Of a stretch of 64,000 bases of DNA, positions 48,379 through 62,284 are shown piece after piece. A model generated the notes under the pieces. It was not told where the DNA came from, searched no databases, and worked only from the letters and a program-made list of their open reading frames with translations. Position 1 is the stretch's first letter. Every line of letters begins with the position of its first letter. The position numbers and the translations under genes were made by a program. The stretch comes from Lama guanicoe (taxonomy: Eukaryota), in contig MU053873.1 of NCBI GenBank assembly GCA_013239625.1, positions 1,068,524 through 1,132,523 of the forward strand, written 5' to 3'.

Positions 48379-51300
48379 CTTAAGGCATAATCCAGAGAAA
48401 TCTGCATTTGGCTTTAGAAAGTGTACCTCTGTTTCAACATAGGTGTGACTGAGGCCCTAAAAATTCACAACATTCCCAAACCAAAATAAATTAAGCCAGC
48501 TGGTAAAGACCCAAATGAACAAGAGCTGGGAAACTGTCCCTGAGCCTGGATGGTCTTTGTCCACAACAGGACATCTTCCTGGGGCAATGACAAAGGCAAG
48601 GCAGCTTCAGTCTCCTCCCCTGGAGTGTTTGCTCTGCACCTGACATCTTTCCTAAGAACACGGAAGCCACAGATGAGTGCTTTGGTTGGGAGGAGGGTTC
48701 CTTGATCCTCAGATGTAATCCAGCATAGCTAAGAGATAAGGATCAATCTTAAAAAAAAAAAGTTACTTAAGAAGAAAGGAATAAAGGTCACAAAAAGCTG
48801 AAGCTATGAGAAGCAGGGGAAGATGAAAACAGAAAATTAAACATTCTAGAGAAAATTCTGCCTGGATGGCCCACTTCATTCTGCACCTCTTGCCCTAAAT
48901 TACGAAGCTGACACATGCTTTGGTCCTGGCTAGAGCAAGCAACGTTTCTGGAACAACTTCACCTTGGTTACATATTTTTACTTTAAACATTCCAAAGTTG
49001 CTAAAGGCCTCCCAGGAGCATCTGCTCCTGTTTCTCAGGAGGGAGTTAGTTCCTGTGGAAAGTGTTTGTTTAGTTTGATTACAACTTTGAAGAAGGGTAG
49101 GAATTCTGGCCCAGAAGAATTTAATGGCCAGGCCCTTCTCTTACATAATTTGTAAACAAACAGAGTTTATCCTAGTGTGGCTCATTTGGCTCAGTGGCTG
49201 GATTTAGAAAAATATATTCCCCATTCATTTGGGAGAAACCACAGTAAGGCCTGTCAATAACCAGAAAAATGTCCAAGCCAGCCGGTCGCTCTATTGCCTA
49301 ATCCAAACAGACCTCAAGAACTTCTCTTCTGAAACCCAGGCCTGTCAACAGATGAAGCCCCAGCTGAAGCGTTATGGACAGAACTTGAAAGGCAGCTGAT
49401 GACTCGGTCCCCAGAAGTTTCTATGCCCTCATGGTATATTTAAAAACCCTCCGATAAAAAGGCCACAACAGCAAATTTCCCTAACGTGTCAGGAATAGTT
49501 GAGAGGACGGGTGGAGAGCAATTTGTTACTAATAACAGTTAAAGGCCAAAGCTGGCATGTACTTTATTTATCTTTAATAAAGCAAATTCAAGGTTTTCAC
49601 TCGAACGTCACTTACTCCCTTACTCCCTTACATTCCAGGCTGAAGTCGGGAGCGCACAGCCCCCAAGCCTCCAGGCTACTGTGATTCCAAACTGTGCTGC
49701 TGGGGAACATGGGCTGGGGAGGTCATGTTATCAACAATCCAGCCATGCACGTGGACCTCACCTACTGCGTGGGGCTGTGGGACCCACTAGTCTCCACAAA
49801 AAAACTCAAACACCTTCCCTGGGACTCAAAGTCCATCCTGCCTATCCTCTCTGAAGTTCATTTCCCTCCCTGGTTCTCCAGTTCAGGTGATCCTCTTTCT
49901 GTTCCTGGCCCACCCCCAGGCACACAGATCTAACCCCCCAGGAATCTCACCCACCCCCCTCACCCAGCCTACAGATGTGGGGGCTGAGGCTCAAGGAAGC
50001 TGGCTCCACTAGGGTCTCACTTAAGTGACAGACTAGGGCACAGACCCGGCATCCTATCTCCTCGCCATGCCTCATTCTGCCATAAGCACAGCCTCCTGGT
50101 CTCCTCGTTACCTCCACAAGCTAGGAAAAGCCCCACTGGATGCCAGCCCAGCCTGGGTCTCAGCAAAGAATGTCCCCCACCCACCCAAAGGCCAGCCCTC
50201 TCTAAGAACCCAGCTGGAGGCCAGCCCCCGGGAGCTTCCCAGCAATTCTAGGCACTCTCCCTCAGCCCTAGGCATGTGGTACTCAACCCAGCTGTGTCAC
50301 CATCTAAGGGACACAATGTCTTTCTCACTGGCCCATAAGCACCTCACCCCCACCCCCAGAGACACTCAGAAAGAGGCCAGCAGTGATTCTGTGAACACTA
50401 CCCAGAAAGTGTCAAGTCCACATTCATCAAATCGCTCCAGGAAAAAGAGCACTAAGCATGGCCAGACACACCTTTAAATGTTCAAGGCCTGCTGCAAGAC
50501 CTCATCACAAAACAAAGTGGTCCACGATGAAGAGATGGGGACTGCTCAAATCCACAGAGAAGACAGCGCCAAGTTACTTCACCTTTTTCCTTACTAACCT
50601 TTGAGATCCAGAATCTAACAGAGTAGCTGAGGCTCCCAGGCACACACCAGATTTCCCCCACTTCATTGCGTAAATGAGGAAAGCACACGGGCCAGAAGAA
50701 GGCCCTTTCTTCTTTTCACTGAACTACATTTCCAGGAGCATAAGCATACAGGCCTGATTTGCATAATCATCCTATACTAGCTAGAGCAAATTTTAGTTTA
50801 TTTTCTGAGAAAATCAGTATGGTGAAAACCCTCCTGGTCTAGAGGTAGAACCCATAGCAGGGCAGGGAACAAGCCCAGCAGGAAGCCCCGGGGCCTGTCT
50901 ACGACGTCCGCTCCTAACTGCTGCACATTCCCAAAGGGCATGCTTCCACAAAGACTCAAGACCAGGAAGGGCTTCCGAGATTTGGAAAGTGGTTTAAAAT
51001 CAAAAAGTCTGTTCTGCAGACAACTGTGCCTAAAAAGCCCAACATTCAATTCAGCCTGGCCTGGGAGCGCGTGGTCTCTCCTGCACCACGACCTTCATCT
51101 TTGCTCCCTGCCCGGGCAGCTCTCATCACCAATTAAAAAAACCCACACTGCAAGCACAGGTCCTATCACTGTATCATCAATGCAGGCTTTCCCTTCCTTA
51201 AGCAAAAATAAACTGTGTCCGACTGACCTTGCAATCAGTAATCTGGCTAAGCCGGTGGGGGGAGGGGGGGGGCAGACACATCCCGTATGACATGGGGCAA

Positions 51301-52874
51301 GTCAGTGGTCCATAAGCACAGTTAGAAAATGCAAACATTGCCAAATTCAGGCCCCCAGTGGTACTAATTCAACCCTCTGGGACTTCTTTCTGTCCCAATT
51401 TTGCTAGTGACGTCCACTTCCCCCCTCCGAAACAGACTTGCACACCGCCCACCACTACTTCAAGATATGCTCCCAGATGCTACTGCCTTCTCATCCACAG
51501 CATGGCTGGAGAGCACCGGGGACCAAGGGCAGACGGATGTCACCAAGATGCCCACACTGAGGGTTGTTGGGGGTTCTCTGGAAAGAAATCAGGGCTTCCC
51601 TCAATTCTCACTGACGTTATGGAGCTGACCTGCAGCAAAGTGCATGCTGCCTTTTCTCTCTCATTCATCTTTCCTCCAAAGCCTCCTTCCACCTTTCTAT
51701 CAGTTGTTGATTCAGCTGAATATAAGCTACTTTAACCTGAAGTTAAGCATGGGTACCAATGCTCAATAAAATGACCCACTTTGATGGTATCTTCAAAGTC
51801 AAATAAAAAAATTAACATTATTTCAAAAACTGGCCCAAAAGTAGTTAGAGCATCATCTTAGCTTCTGACCAACAGCGTATTTCGAAAACACCCACCTGTC
51901 ACTGAAAGCTGGCTACCTCAGAAAGAAAGGGACAGAAATGACCTTAAATCTATTTTAGAGAAAGGCTTATTTCAGTTCTTAAAGAATACAGAAGAAAACA
52001 GAAACCGCCTTTCACCTGTATCTTTTGTTCAACTGTATTTTTTGTTAAAAAGATACATTTTGTTAAATATGTTATCAATCAGTTCAACAAGTGACAGTTA
52101 TGGAGCACGCACACTGGGAGTAGTTAAAAAGTTCTACTGCACAACTGCTTGCAGACTATTGCTTGCAAAGGAGTGGGGACGTGACCTGCTTCCAGACAGC
52201 CAACAACAGAGACGGTGAAACTCAGCAGAGAAAAAAGCTACGGTGCCGGTAACCAAAGCTGAATATGGCGCTGGGCTGGAAACGAAATCAAAGCAAAATC
52301 TTACCAACAAATCCCCACGGAACCAGACCATGAGCAAGACACGGACACCATCTGGGCACTGGGGGGAACAAACGCATCACCACCTGCTCCCTCAGCGAGT
52401 TGCTGCACATTCTCAAGGACAGTACAGTTCTCGTGTCCCAGAAAATTAGGGGAAAATTAGATAAGGTTAAAATAATAGTTGAAGGATAACACGAAGCCAC
52501 ATGAGATAAACTGTCAAATGCCCGGTTGGCACCTTGGGGATTTCATGCAAAAATGACTTCAGGAAATCTTTCTCCAGGTGGCAATTAACATTTTAACTCA
52601 AATTCCCCCAAGGGAATGGGAAATTTCAGGAGGGGGAGGGGAGTAACCGGCATGACTCAAAGGCTCTGCAGAGCATAGGGCAGGCACCTGATACACATCT
52701 GCTGAGTGAAAGAATATGGAAACTCAAGCCAGGGGCTCTGTCTTAGGCCCCTGCTAAGCACGAGCACATCTCTCTGCTGTAGCTACCGTTTACCTGGATT
52801 ACCCGACTAATATCTGTCTTTCCTGTAGGACCGTGAACTCCTTGAGAGTGATGACTCTACAGCAGCAACAGCCA

Positions 52875-53100
52875 CCAGGGGTGACATGTACTAAGCACTT
52901 GCTGTACACATTACATGTATTATCTCATTTAGTCCATACTATCCTTTGGAGGTACAAGCTATATTGTCCCATGTTAGAGATGAGGAAACAGGTTCAGGGA
53001 GGTGGGGTGACCTGGCCAAGGTGACAGAGCTGGCAGTAGCAGAGCTGGGATGCAAACACTGAGCCGTCTGACCCCAGGGCCGTGCTCTTCACCACTGTGC
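52875..53100 (-). mobile_element. MIR SINE
   Basis: tattatctcattt...cccatgttagagatgaggaaacaggttcagggagg...gacctggccaaggtgacagagct...gtctgaccccagggcc. Confidence 0.88.
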
Positions 53101-53259
53101 CCCTCACATGGCAAGAGCCTGGTCAGCTCTGGACTCTCAGAATGCAGCAGATGTCAGCTGTAAAAGGGTTTTAGCTGTAAGAGGTTAGTGGACCTCCATC
53201 GTGTTTACCTGCCTCAAACTGCCTTATGGTGAGGCTGTAAACACAGTCCTGTGCTCCAG

Positions 53260-53420
53260 TCTCTGCACCTTGGTGTCCTCATCTAAAAACACAGGAACGG
53301 AACCTCTTATGGCTCACAATCGTCCTAAGGATCTAGTGGGACCAACAGGGTAAAGCCCCAAGGATAGTGTCCAACACGGTATTCATTCATTCAAATATTT
53401 TACCAACTATCTATGTGATC
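53260..53420. mobile_element. Degenerate MIR (+) abutting an L2 tail (-)
   Basis: tctctgcaccttggtgtcctcatctaaaaa...; then ttcattcattcaaatatttt. Confidence 0.5.
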
Positions 53421-53981
53421 TTCAGCCCCAAAAGCCTTCCCTGTGGTAGGAGGCAGAGCCAACAATGACGGAGGCAGCCATGAATGGTTCCAGGTCCAGG
53501 TAAGTGACAGCAGCCGAGGGTTAATAACTTGGATTGTTTCACAAGCGAATGTTTGCCCAGAGTCCAGGCTGGAGAAAGCACTGTCCTGTGTTCTGCCATT
53601 TGATTTGATTGGTACAAAGTTTCCTTTTCCTTTTCCTTAATGGTTTAACAAATCTACATCACAGCTCTGTTTTTCCCATTCCCGAGACTGAAGTCTATGA
53701 TTCTCTCTTACTTGAGGCCAGGAAATCCAGCAAAGCCAAATAGAGCAGGCCTCCAAAGATCAGGACAGAGTTCTGTCCATCTGTATTTCCTGCCCCAACT
53801 ACGATAGCATCTGCCAAGTTACCTCATAAATCATAACTCGCTGAAGCCAGTCAAGATACTCAGGCAGAGCAGGACAGTGCAGCCTGGTCACTCATAAGGA
53901 GACACCTCCACACACATTGCCCAGGTCTCCACGCTGATCTGAAAGCTTTCAGGTTAGCCAGAGATTCCTGAGCCAAATTAG

Positions 53982-54007
53982 AAAAAAAAAAAAAAAAAAA
54001 AAAAAAA
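53982..54007. repeat. Poly(A) tract, A26
   Basis: Uninterrupted A run. Confidence 0.95.
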
Positions 54008-54121
54008 CCCTCAGCCTCTAGAAAGTCCAGGGACCAAGAGAAGTGCCTTAAGCCATTGGAGGCAGGCAGGATGATGCAGAGAGGTGGTCTTTACCAAAAA
54101 AGCAAAAAGGAAGGGTCAATC

Positions 54122-54144
54122 GTGTGTGTGTGTGTGTGTGTGTG
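54122..54144. repeat. (TG)n microsatellite
   Basis: gtgtgtgtgtgtgtgtgtgtgtg. Confidence 0.95.
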
Positions 54145-56059
54145 AATGCAGCCAAAGAGCCTTCACCAAAGCTGCAAAGGAAACAAAAATAAACTAACAG
54201 GATAAAAGGAAGGCGGTTGCATGAGGAAGAACTTTTGCTCCAGTTAAAAAAAAAGAGAGAGAGAGAGAGAAGAAAAGAAAAGAAAAAGAAAGCACACACT
54301 GAAATGATCTAAAGCTGCCTATAAATATTTGGGAACATCAAAGGCGGTCCTGTTAAATTAAAAATGCTGTCACACAGATAGGAACTAGCCTCTAGCACTG
54401 CCAGCTTCAACATGTGAGCCTGTGATCTGAGGAGTGAGGGCTCAGCTCCTCGAGAAATCTGATTCACTGAAGAAAAAAGTGAACGAGCAGTTGAGTTTTA
54501 ATAAGGGCATTAAATACCTTAGGAATGAGCTAATTAGAGTTTAACTCTTTCAAGATTGTCCGAGCTCTTAAGAATGCTGTAAAGTGAGCTCCCTCCAGAA
54601 TCTAGTTAAATCGGTCTCGAAACCTGCAGTGTAAAAGAAAAGTATTAAAATAGCACCTTAGGACTTCAAAGCGGGTAAATCCCACCAGGTCCCCTCAGAG
54701 GCCGAGCAAAGAGAAGGGAGGAGGCGAGCCCAGAATCGCTTTCCGAGGTAAGGTTAGGCTGCCTGCTTATATAGAAGCATTTTTTTCCCTAGTTTGGACT
54801 GGATAAGAACAAGCTCACTTCCTGACACCAGATCCGTTCCCTCACCCTGTGAGTGGGCCCTTTACCTAAGACACCAGGTGGGAAGCCCTTCATCTCCTGA
54901 CCTGGCTCGTTCACTCTCGGGACTCGGGGGAAATGACGGCTGAGCCTCCCCAGACACACTGGAGGTCACCCCAGTTTTCCTACACACATTCTCCATTAGA
55001 ATCTTAAGGAATCCAGGAAGACCCCCTAGTTAGGGAAGTTCTATCAGGATGGCAGCTCCTCTCTCAGGAGCAGGATTTTTTTGGCCTTGAAGCAGAAAGA
55101 GGCGGTTCCCTCTTGGTGGGGAGAACGCACACCTGCAGAGAACGAGAAGGGGTATCTTCCCATCACCCCGTCCCAGGAACGTGCAAGAAGGGGTAGACTG
55201 AGACGGAAACTACCTTCTCCATTCAAGGAGAGGAATGCACTGCCCGGTCTTGGCAAAGGGGTTGGGGGTAGTTATCAAAAAAAAAAAAAAAAATCCCACA
55301 ATCCACTCCTACCATTCCCATTTTTAGAAAAAGTCAACGTGTCTAACTTGGGGGTTTAAGATTAATAAAGTATTTGCTTTGGCACCATCACACACTGGAT
55401 CAAATCGAGTGCAGAAGTCACTTGTGCTTGCCACGGGTCCCATATAATGAGGCCCCCCGAGCACAGCCTGAGCATATCACCACATTCCACGTGCACAGGC
55501 TGGATCCTGAGAAGCCATCCGGCGCCCACTTCCCTTCAAAGCATTGTTGACGGCCCCGACGCCGGCCCTGTGGCATCAGGAACAACAGGCAGGCTGGCCA
55601 AGGATCCAAGGATCCCAGGATCCCGGGCTCCCGGGCTCCCGTACGCTGTACGTGCAGTTCACACCGGCGTCTGTGTGTGTGTTCACGGTCCCAAGAGACG
55701 GAGCTGGAGGCCTGGACAGGGACCCAGCTGTGGAGGGTAGGAGTGAGCCAATGAACTGCAGCAAAGCACCCCTCCCAGGACACAGAGGTGAGACAAGTGG
55801 GGTCTGCAAGGGGCGGACGCCTGAGCCTCTCACAAGGGCACTCAAGGGCCCTCCTAGGAGCCCCACCCACCCTCACTCCCACCCCTGGGGAGAAAGGACA
55901 CGGGTGCCAGGGGTCAGGCACTGAGCATGGAGAGAGTGATCCCTACAATAAGACCTCTTCTCTTCCCGATGAGCCGCACTTTGGACGCTCTCACTTTGAT
56001 AAACTACTCCTTTAGAATAACAATGTTCAACCATTTGAGAACTACAACAGAAACGTTAA

Positions 56060-56245
56060 TGTATATGAGGAACATTATGAAACTATGCACATTATTTTCT
56101 TCAACATCCTTATCAGCACGAGACACAAAGTGCCTGTTGTCAGTAACTCATCTCCATTTTACAGATGAAGAAACTGAGACCCAGAGAGGCAAAGTCACCT
56201 TTCCACAGCAGGTAACTGGCAGAGTCGGAGTCCAGACTTGGCACT
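56060..56245 (-). mobile_element. MIR SINE
   Basis: atctccattttacagatgaagaaactgagacccagagagg...cacagcaggtaactggcagag. Confidence 0.85.
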
Positions 56246-59200
56246 CAGTTGCCTCTCCCATCAGCAAAAGAAATCCAGAATCACTCTGTTCTGTAAAACT
56301 TCCAACATGCTTTCAGGAACCTAACGAATCTTGGGTGTCTGCACAGCAAAGGTGAAGACTACTGCTTGTAACAGCCATGTCAATGTCCACATGTTAACAC
56401 AGAAGTGTCCTCCCAACTCCTCTCAAATACAAGTGGCTCTAAGGTGTAACACAGAATTAAAGAGAATTTATACTCAAATCAGGTATAGTCTGAAAGTTAA
56501 TTTGTAAGTTGCTCATCAGGTAGACACCTGTATCTTCTCCCATAAAATGGTGGTGCCATTTCTGCTCCACAAAAGGCCTGTCCATTTCGTTATAATGTAC
56601 CCAAGGCCAGAGGACCCCACTCCGGTCAGCAAAGCAAAAAACCAGACAAACCAGATGTCCAGAATCCACCATACTGAACTCCTTACTCGCCTTGGTATCT
56701 TGTTTCTTGACTTCACACTCAATTCTGGCAAACATTGTTCCCTGTTTTCCAGGACTGAACTACAGAAGTCAGAAGCAGGAAATCAGAATTGCTGAGTGAG
56801 AAGCACTGGAGAGGCAGTGACAGCTTTGAGACAGATGCCACACCAGCAAAGGAAGACAGCCCCATGTACGCACAACTCTAGGGGGCGCCGCTCACTTCTG
56901 GAGTCATCCTAGATCCACAGTATGGCCCATATGTGGCAAAGAGAAGTCAGGTGTTTTGAGCAAGGGACAGCTTTCCCTAATTCACACAAAGGGATCCTTT
57001 GTGTTGGAGTGGCAAAATGTTAAAAGATAAAGACATCAGCCCTGCCCTGGAGACAGAGCCAATCTACTGGAGAGTCACAGAGGGATCACCAAGTCAGCAA
57101 GCAATGATAAAACTTGTGGTCAGCATCCCCTTCTGAAATACGAAGTTTCCATTCAGAAGGGTGGAAGGTTTGCTTCTTTGCGTGATGAGCCTGAGGGCAA
57201 GCCCTCCCCCACAGAAGAAAGCTCCATCTGCACAAGCCCTGCTTCCAGTGGCTCAGGGCTCTGCCTGTGAAGGGGTGCTGGACAGAGGATGCTGCCCAAG
57301 CACCCCATCCCACTCGGCCATTCAGGACTCCTATCTACTCGGCCTGATTAATTCCCTTCTGGACATTTCACTGCACAACACCAAGCACCACAAAATTTAT
57401 TACGTGGACACCACTTGCAAAGGGGCAAACAGCATGCCAATGTTGGACGCAACACTCCTCTTCCTGTCCCAGCTCTGAATGCCAAACCTTGAGAGTTGCT
57501 TGGCATCCTAGGAGCCCACTTGCAGGTGGTAGCACCTGTGACCACAGTCTTTGATGAACAAAAAGACTAGGGAGAGGAGAGGACAGGCCTTGAGATGGGG
57601 AGTAGAGAGGAATGAACATAAGAAGCAGGGGAGGGGGACCCCTCCATCCAACCTGCCTCTGGTCCTTTTCCCTCCCCTCCCCGTGTCAGCCATCACTAGA
57701 TCACAGAGTTACTAGAGGGCAAGGGATGTGGACAGGAGGTGAGAGGGAGGGGGTCTGTAAATATTAAGAGACAGAAGATTCTCTATTTAACCTGCAGCAA
57801 GGAGGGAAGACACTCATATATGAACTTCGACAGGTTTGCAAGAGGACAATTAAAACAGCCTTGCATAAGCAAATTAAGAAAATTAATTATTAAGAAAATT
57901 AATTAATCTTATCTGAGCATGTGGTCAGAGTTTTCTACATCTTCCCTGTAGGGGCACATACGGGGAATAATTTCAAACTTAGAATATTCAAAACTACTCT
58001 ACCCCCATCCCACTGCTGTTTTAGAGCCTCCCCCTTCCAAAAACAAGGTTGGCATGGCAACCAGAGGACCAGTCACCGTGGTCCCTAACCACATCCGCCA
58101 GGGCTTGGCATGCTGAGACGTGTGCCAGCTCTGTTGTCTGTAGGGCACTCCTGGCCACAGCACACAGCAAGCTATAATCAAGTCAGAAACCACCGCATTC
58201 GTATAGAACTCGGCTCAACATAAATATTCATTAAATATGAAAACCTATGGTGATGCAATGTTGAGACTGCAAATTTAAACACAAGAGTCAGGAAATGCAA
58301 AAATTACCACTGCCACTGGACCCTGAATCACCCGTATGGCACATTTAATGCCACAAGCAAGTTTATATGTGTCCAAGAGATTTAAACCTAGTAACACCAA
58401 AATTTCAAAACTACACATTAGCTGTTCATTTAATTCCCTGGGTGAGGGTGACATTTAATGATGGGCACCAGAACATTTCTGGAGTGGACCTGCCAAGAAA
58501 AGGCATGACAACCCCGTAGAACAAGTGAAATATAACACATCATGGATAGATTCTGGAATATTTCTGAAGGTCCCAGTACCCACATAATAGCCACCATTCC
58601 ACAAAAACAGCAACAATAACCCCCCAAAATACCAATATGCCAACCTGTGTATAATGAAGCAATAATGTAATAATTTCCCAATACTTACGGCAGGCCCCTT
58701 AAAAAGTAGAAAATCGCATGTTTATGAAATTAAAATCTAAATATCTTCCACACGTAGTCTGCTGGACTCTTTAGAATACTATTGTAATCCTTCAGAACTG
58801 CTTCCCACACCTCAAGGCCCCACCAGAACTTCCAAGGCGGGAGGGAGGGGGATTGAGGAAACAATATGGTACAAAGGTAGGTCAGGATGAGTCACTCTGG
58901 AGTTACATATAACTTTTACTATTCCCTAAAATACCGGTTTTCTACGTGACAAAATATTGTTCATATTTAAGTAAAACATACTCCCTAAAAGTCTACAGTC
59001 AGGCCGAGATGTTCCCTTCTCCAGCATGCTTTGAACAACACACCCAGACAGCCACACTCCAGTCTGGGAAGACTTAGATCATGCCACCTCCTTGCCCCAC
59101 ATCCTTTTTCCAGACTTGGAGAACAGAGGTAAGGTGAAATTATTTTGAGATGCTGGTCCATCCCAACTATTTGGAATCACCCTAGGACACACCCATGTCT

Positions 59201-59319
59201 TGTGAATTGTTTCTACAATCACAGAAAGTTCTCCCTCAAAAAGCCAAGTCTCTTTCTGGCGGCACTAACATCTCCATCACTACTATCCTATCCCAAAGTA
59301 TCATGACCTAGGAGAAGAA

Positions 59320-59930
59320 CTTCAATTCAGCACATATTTAAGTGTTTTATTGTAAGGCACCTGGGGGATGAGTTAAGACACCAGCCCTCTCTGCTGGGAG
59401 CTGTGATCTTGTGGGGGAAAGAAAACATAAATAAAAGAATGCCTACAATCAGGTACTGGAGACCAGCAGAGAAGTGAAAAATGGAGTGCTTCGGTGGAAG
59501 GGAACGGTAGATGGCAGAACTGGAAATGCATGATGGGAGGGACAGGAAGTGTGACGGCAGGTGTGGTTCCTAGGAGAGAGGAAAGGAAGAGGACAGGGCA
59601 AAGATGGCGGGCGGGAACGCCGAGGTATAGAAATGTATCCCCGCATAAGGGCAGTCGGGAATGAAGGGCACAGAGTGGGGAAAGCCCGGGACCCAGCCAG
59701 GAAATGAGGGCAGGAACCCAGGCCCAAGGCCTGCGTCCCAGGTCGCCTCTATACTCAGCTCACGAGTAAGCCAGGGGGTAGCAAGGGAAGATTCTGATCA
59801 AGGGAAATTAAAGATTAGAGGTTACTTTAGAAAGATGAATCTGGCGGGGGGCGGGGGGAGAACTGATGGGAGGAAAGACCGTGAGGCAGGGAGATGCTTG
59901 GGCAGTGTCGTCGGGCATGAAGAGGTAAGG
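59320..59930 (-). mobile_element. L2 fragment (degenerate)
   Basis: ttcaattcagcacatattta...gggagctgtgatcttgtgggggaaag...tttagaaagatgaatctggc...gaggcagggaga. Confidence 0.62.
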
Positions 59931-60879
59931 TCAGCCAGGAAAGAGCAAGTCCATCATTTCCTCTGACTTGGCCACAAGCTACTTTGATTTAAATTTTGAA
60001 AGGGCTTTGCAAGTCACGCTTGCAACATTCTTTACATGCCATTAGCCGCCTGCTTACCACCTACTCCAAGACGGAGGCACTTTCTGAAAAGATGCCAAGT
60101 CTCTGGGTACCCAGTGATGGTTCCAAAACTCGCATGAAGGTGCTGAATGCACAATGTCAAATGCATTTAAGTAAAAGTGTACAATTAGATACAGAGGAAA
60201 GCACTCTACGTCGAGTGTGGGACAAGCCTTGGCACCCAGGGCACCCTGAAGAGCAGGCGGCCTTCTGGGCAGAATCAGGGAAGGCGCTCCTAGCTAGGAG
60301 GGGGAAACACGGTAGCACAGGTCAAAGTGCACGGGGTCCCTAAAGCACAGGCACGTGGAAGATGCGCTGGACCTCAACCACCAAAGTGGGATGCCATTCC
60401 AGGAAAACCAGTACCTGGGCGCCCCAAGACCCGAGCTCTAGGCCAGCTCCTCTCGGGGACCAAAGGCCTGAGCACCTGGCCCACAGCGCCCTCACTGGAA
60501 GAGGGGAGCACCCTCCAGTGCAACAGGGACTTTCCAGTCAAAAGAAACCAGGGAGCAAAAAGAGAGAAGGGACAAAGACCTGAGTGAAGGCATAGGCCAA
60601 ACGGCTGTGGGACTTCAGCCTTCAAGAAGTCCAAGAGAAAACAGAAACACCTACATCAACATGAAAAAAGCACTCTGGTCAGGCCGGGGCAGGGTGACCT
60701 TCCCCAGTGGCAGACCTTGAGGCTCACGGGGTCCAGTGAAGTGTCATAAAGCCACCAGGGCCATCTGACACACAGACAGCTGAGAAGGGAGAGAACGGAG
60801 ACTCGCCAAGCACAACTTGAAAGCTTTCGTCTCCAGAACTTCCAGCAATAGACAGGACGGCACGTGCCAGTGCCCACAG

Positions 60880-61175
60880 TCACCACACAGGTAACCACAG
60901 GACTGTCACCGCAAGCACGAAGCAGCCATAGGGCAGCAGAAACTTGTAAACTGGGGCCTGGGTCCCGGCTCAAGAGGGCAGCTGCTGTCCCACGGTGGGG
61001 CAGACAGGCTGTTGCCACCTGGGAATGTGGACCCAGCGTTGCCAGACCTTTTCATTTTTTAAGAAGAGCCAAAGCTCCAGATTTTTATGTAAAATTTCTA
61101 GATTTTTAACAGGGATCAAACAGAACAGAGGCAGCTGTTTTCAGCCTGTGGGCCTGTTGTTTAGATGCACCCTGG
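60880..61175 (+). mobile_element. MER102-like hAT-Charlie element
   Basis: tgttgccacctgggaatgtggacccagcgttgccagacc...ccagatttttatgtaaaatttctagatttttaa...gcctgtgggcc. Confidence 0.8.
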
Positions 61176-61669
61176 TCGTCTGGTGCTTGGCAGTAACGCC
61201 TCTCTGCCAACCACACTGGATGAGAGGACGGACTCGTTCAGCATTCGGCACACGGCCTGCTCATGAGCAGAGGGGGCTGCTCCATGGGAAAGAGACAGGG
61301 CAGAAAACACCGACCGCAGCAGCACCCTCCTGGGCCACAATCTGCTGCCACGGCTGTGCCCACAGCACAGTGGTCCCTCCCGGATGGGCTCTTCCAGGCC
61401 TCCGGGCACGGCCATGTGCCTGGACAGCCACTGCGTCCCCACCCAGAACACAAGGGCGGCCTGCTGCTCCTGAACTGGGCGCGGGTACACCTAGAGGGAG
61501 GTGCCCGCTACCAGGCCCGGCTCCTTCCCTTCAATGCAGACGTTAGTCATAACCCGGATCCTCACGGTAGAGGAAAAGAGCCAGGATTTTACCATTTACT
61601 AAACCATAGGAATAGGTAGCCTTTCACTGTTATGAAGTTGTTTTTTGCTTTGTTTTGTTTTTTTAAAGA

Positions 61670-62140
61670 AACAGATACCACCCATTGTGAGCAGGGGTGT
61701 GTGGAAACACACATGCCAACCTGGTGGGGGAGTCCGCGGAGCAAACTCACACTACGCATCAAGAGTGTTTACACCTCTTGACCCCATGGTCCTAATTCTA
61801 GAACTCGATTCCGTGAAAATAACCAAGAGATAGAGACAAGATATTCCTCACAGTGTCACTTATAATAATGAAAAACAAGACATTAAAAATTTCACAGAGT
61901 ATTTATTAGGAACAGGAAAATACTCAAGGTGCATGAAGGATTATAAACACTAGGTAATGTTTTTTCCAATTTTCTTAAAAATCCCTCTAAGCTCACAGGA
62001 AAAACGAAAGGAAAACTACCAAAACACAAAAGGTTAACAGAGGTTTTGCATAGGCAGCAGGATTGATTTTCTTTTTCACCCTTTTCTGTATTTTCCAAGT
62101 ATTCTACAATAAACATGTATTATTTTTATAATTAAAAAAT
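61670..62140 (+). mobile_element. Old L1ME 3' fragment
   Basis: ggtgtgtggaaacac...cttgacccc...ttctagaactc...ttataataatgaaaaa...ttttctgtattttccaagtattctacaataaacatgtattatt. Confidence 0.72.
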
Positions 62141-62284
62141 AAGTTACAGATGATTATTTTTAAAGGAAGACTTTGGCCCTGACAAGAGGAATGTAAAATG
62201 AATCTATTCTAACATTTTTGCCCATATGCTACCAAAATACACCCAGGTCCTCAAGCAAGTGGGTCAGTGAGCTTTTCTCCAAAT

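Noticed and set aside
58689..58697. Possible 9-nt minus-strand microexon (tttttaag|GGGCCTGCC|gtaagt)
   Set aside because: Weak AAG acceptor, no coding context, and such patterns are expected by chance.
60995..61619. Cluster of overlapping GC-rich ORFs
   Set aside because: Overlaps MER102, and GC-rich DNA gives open frames on both strands by chance.
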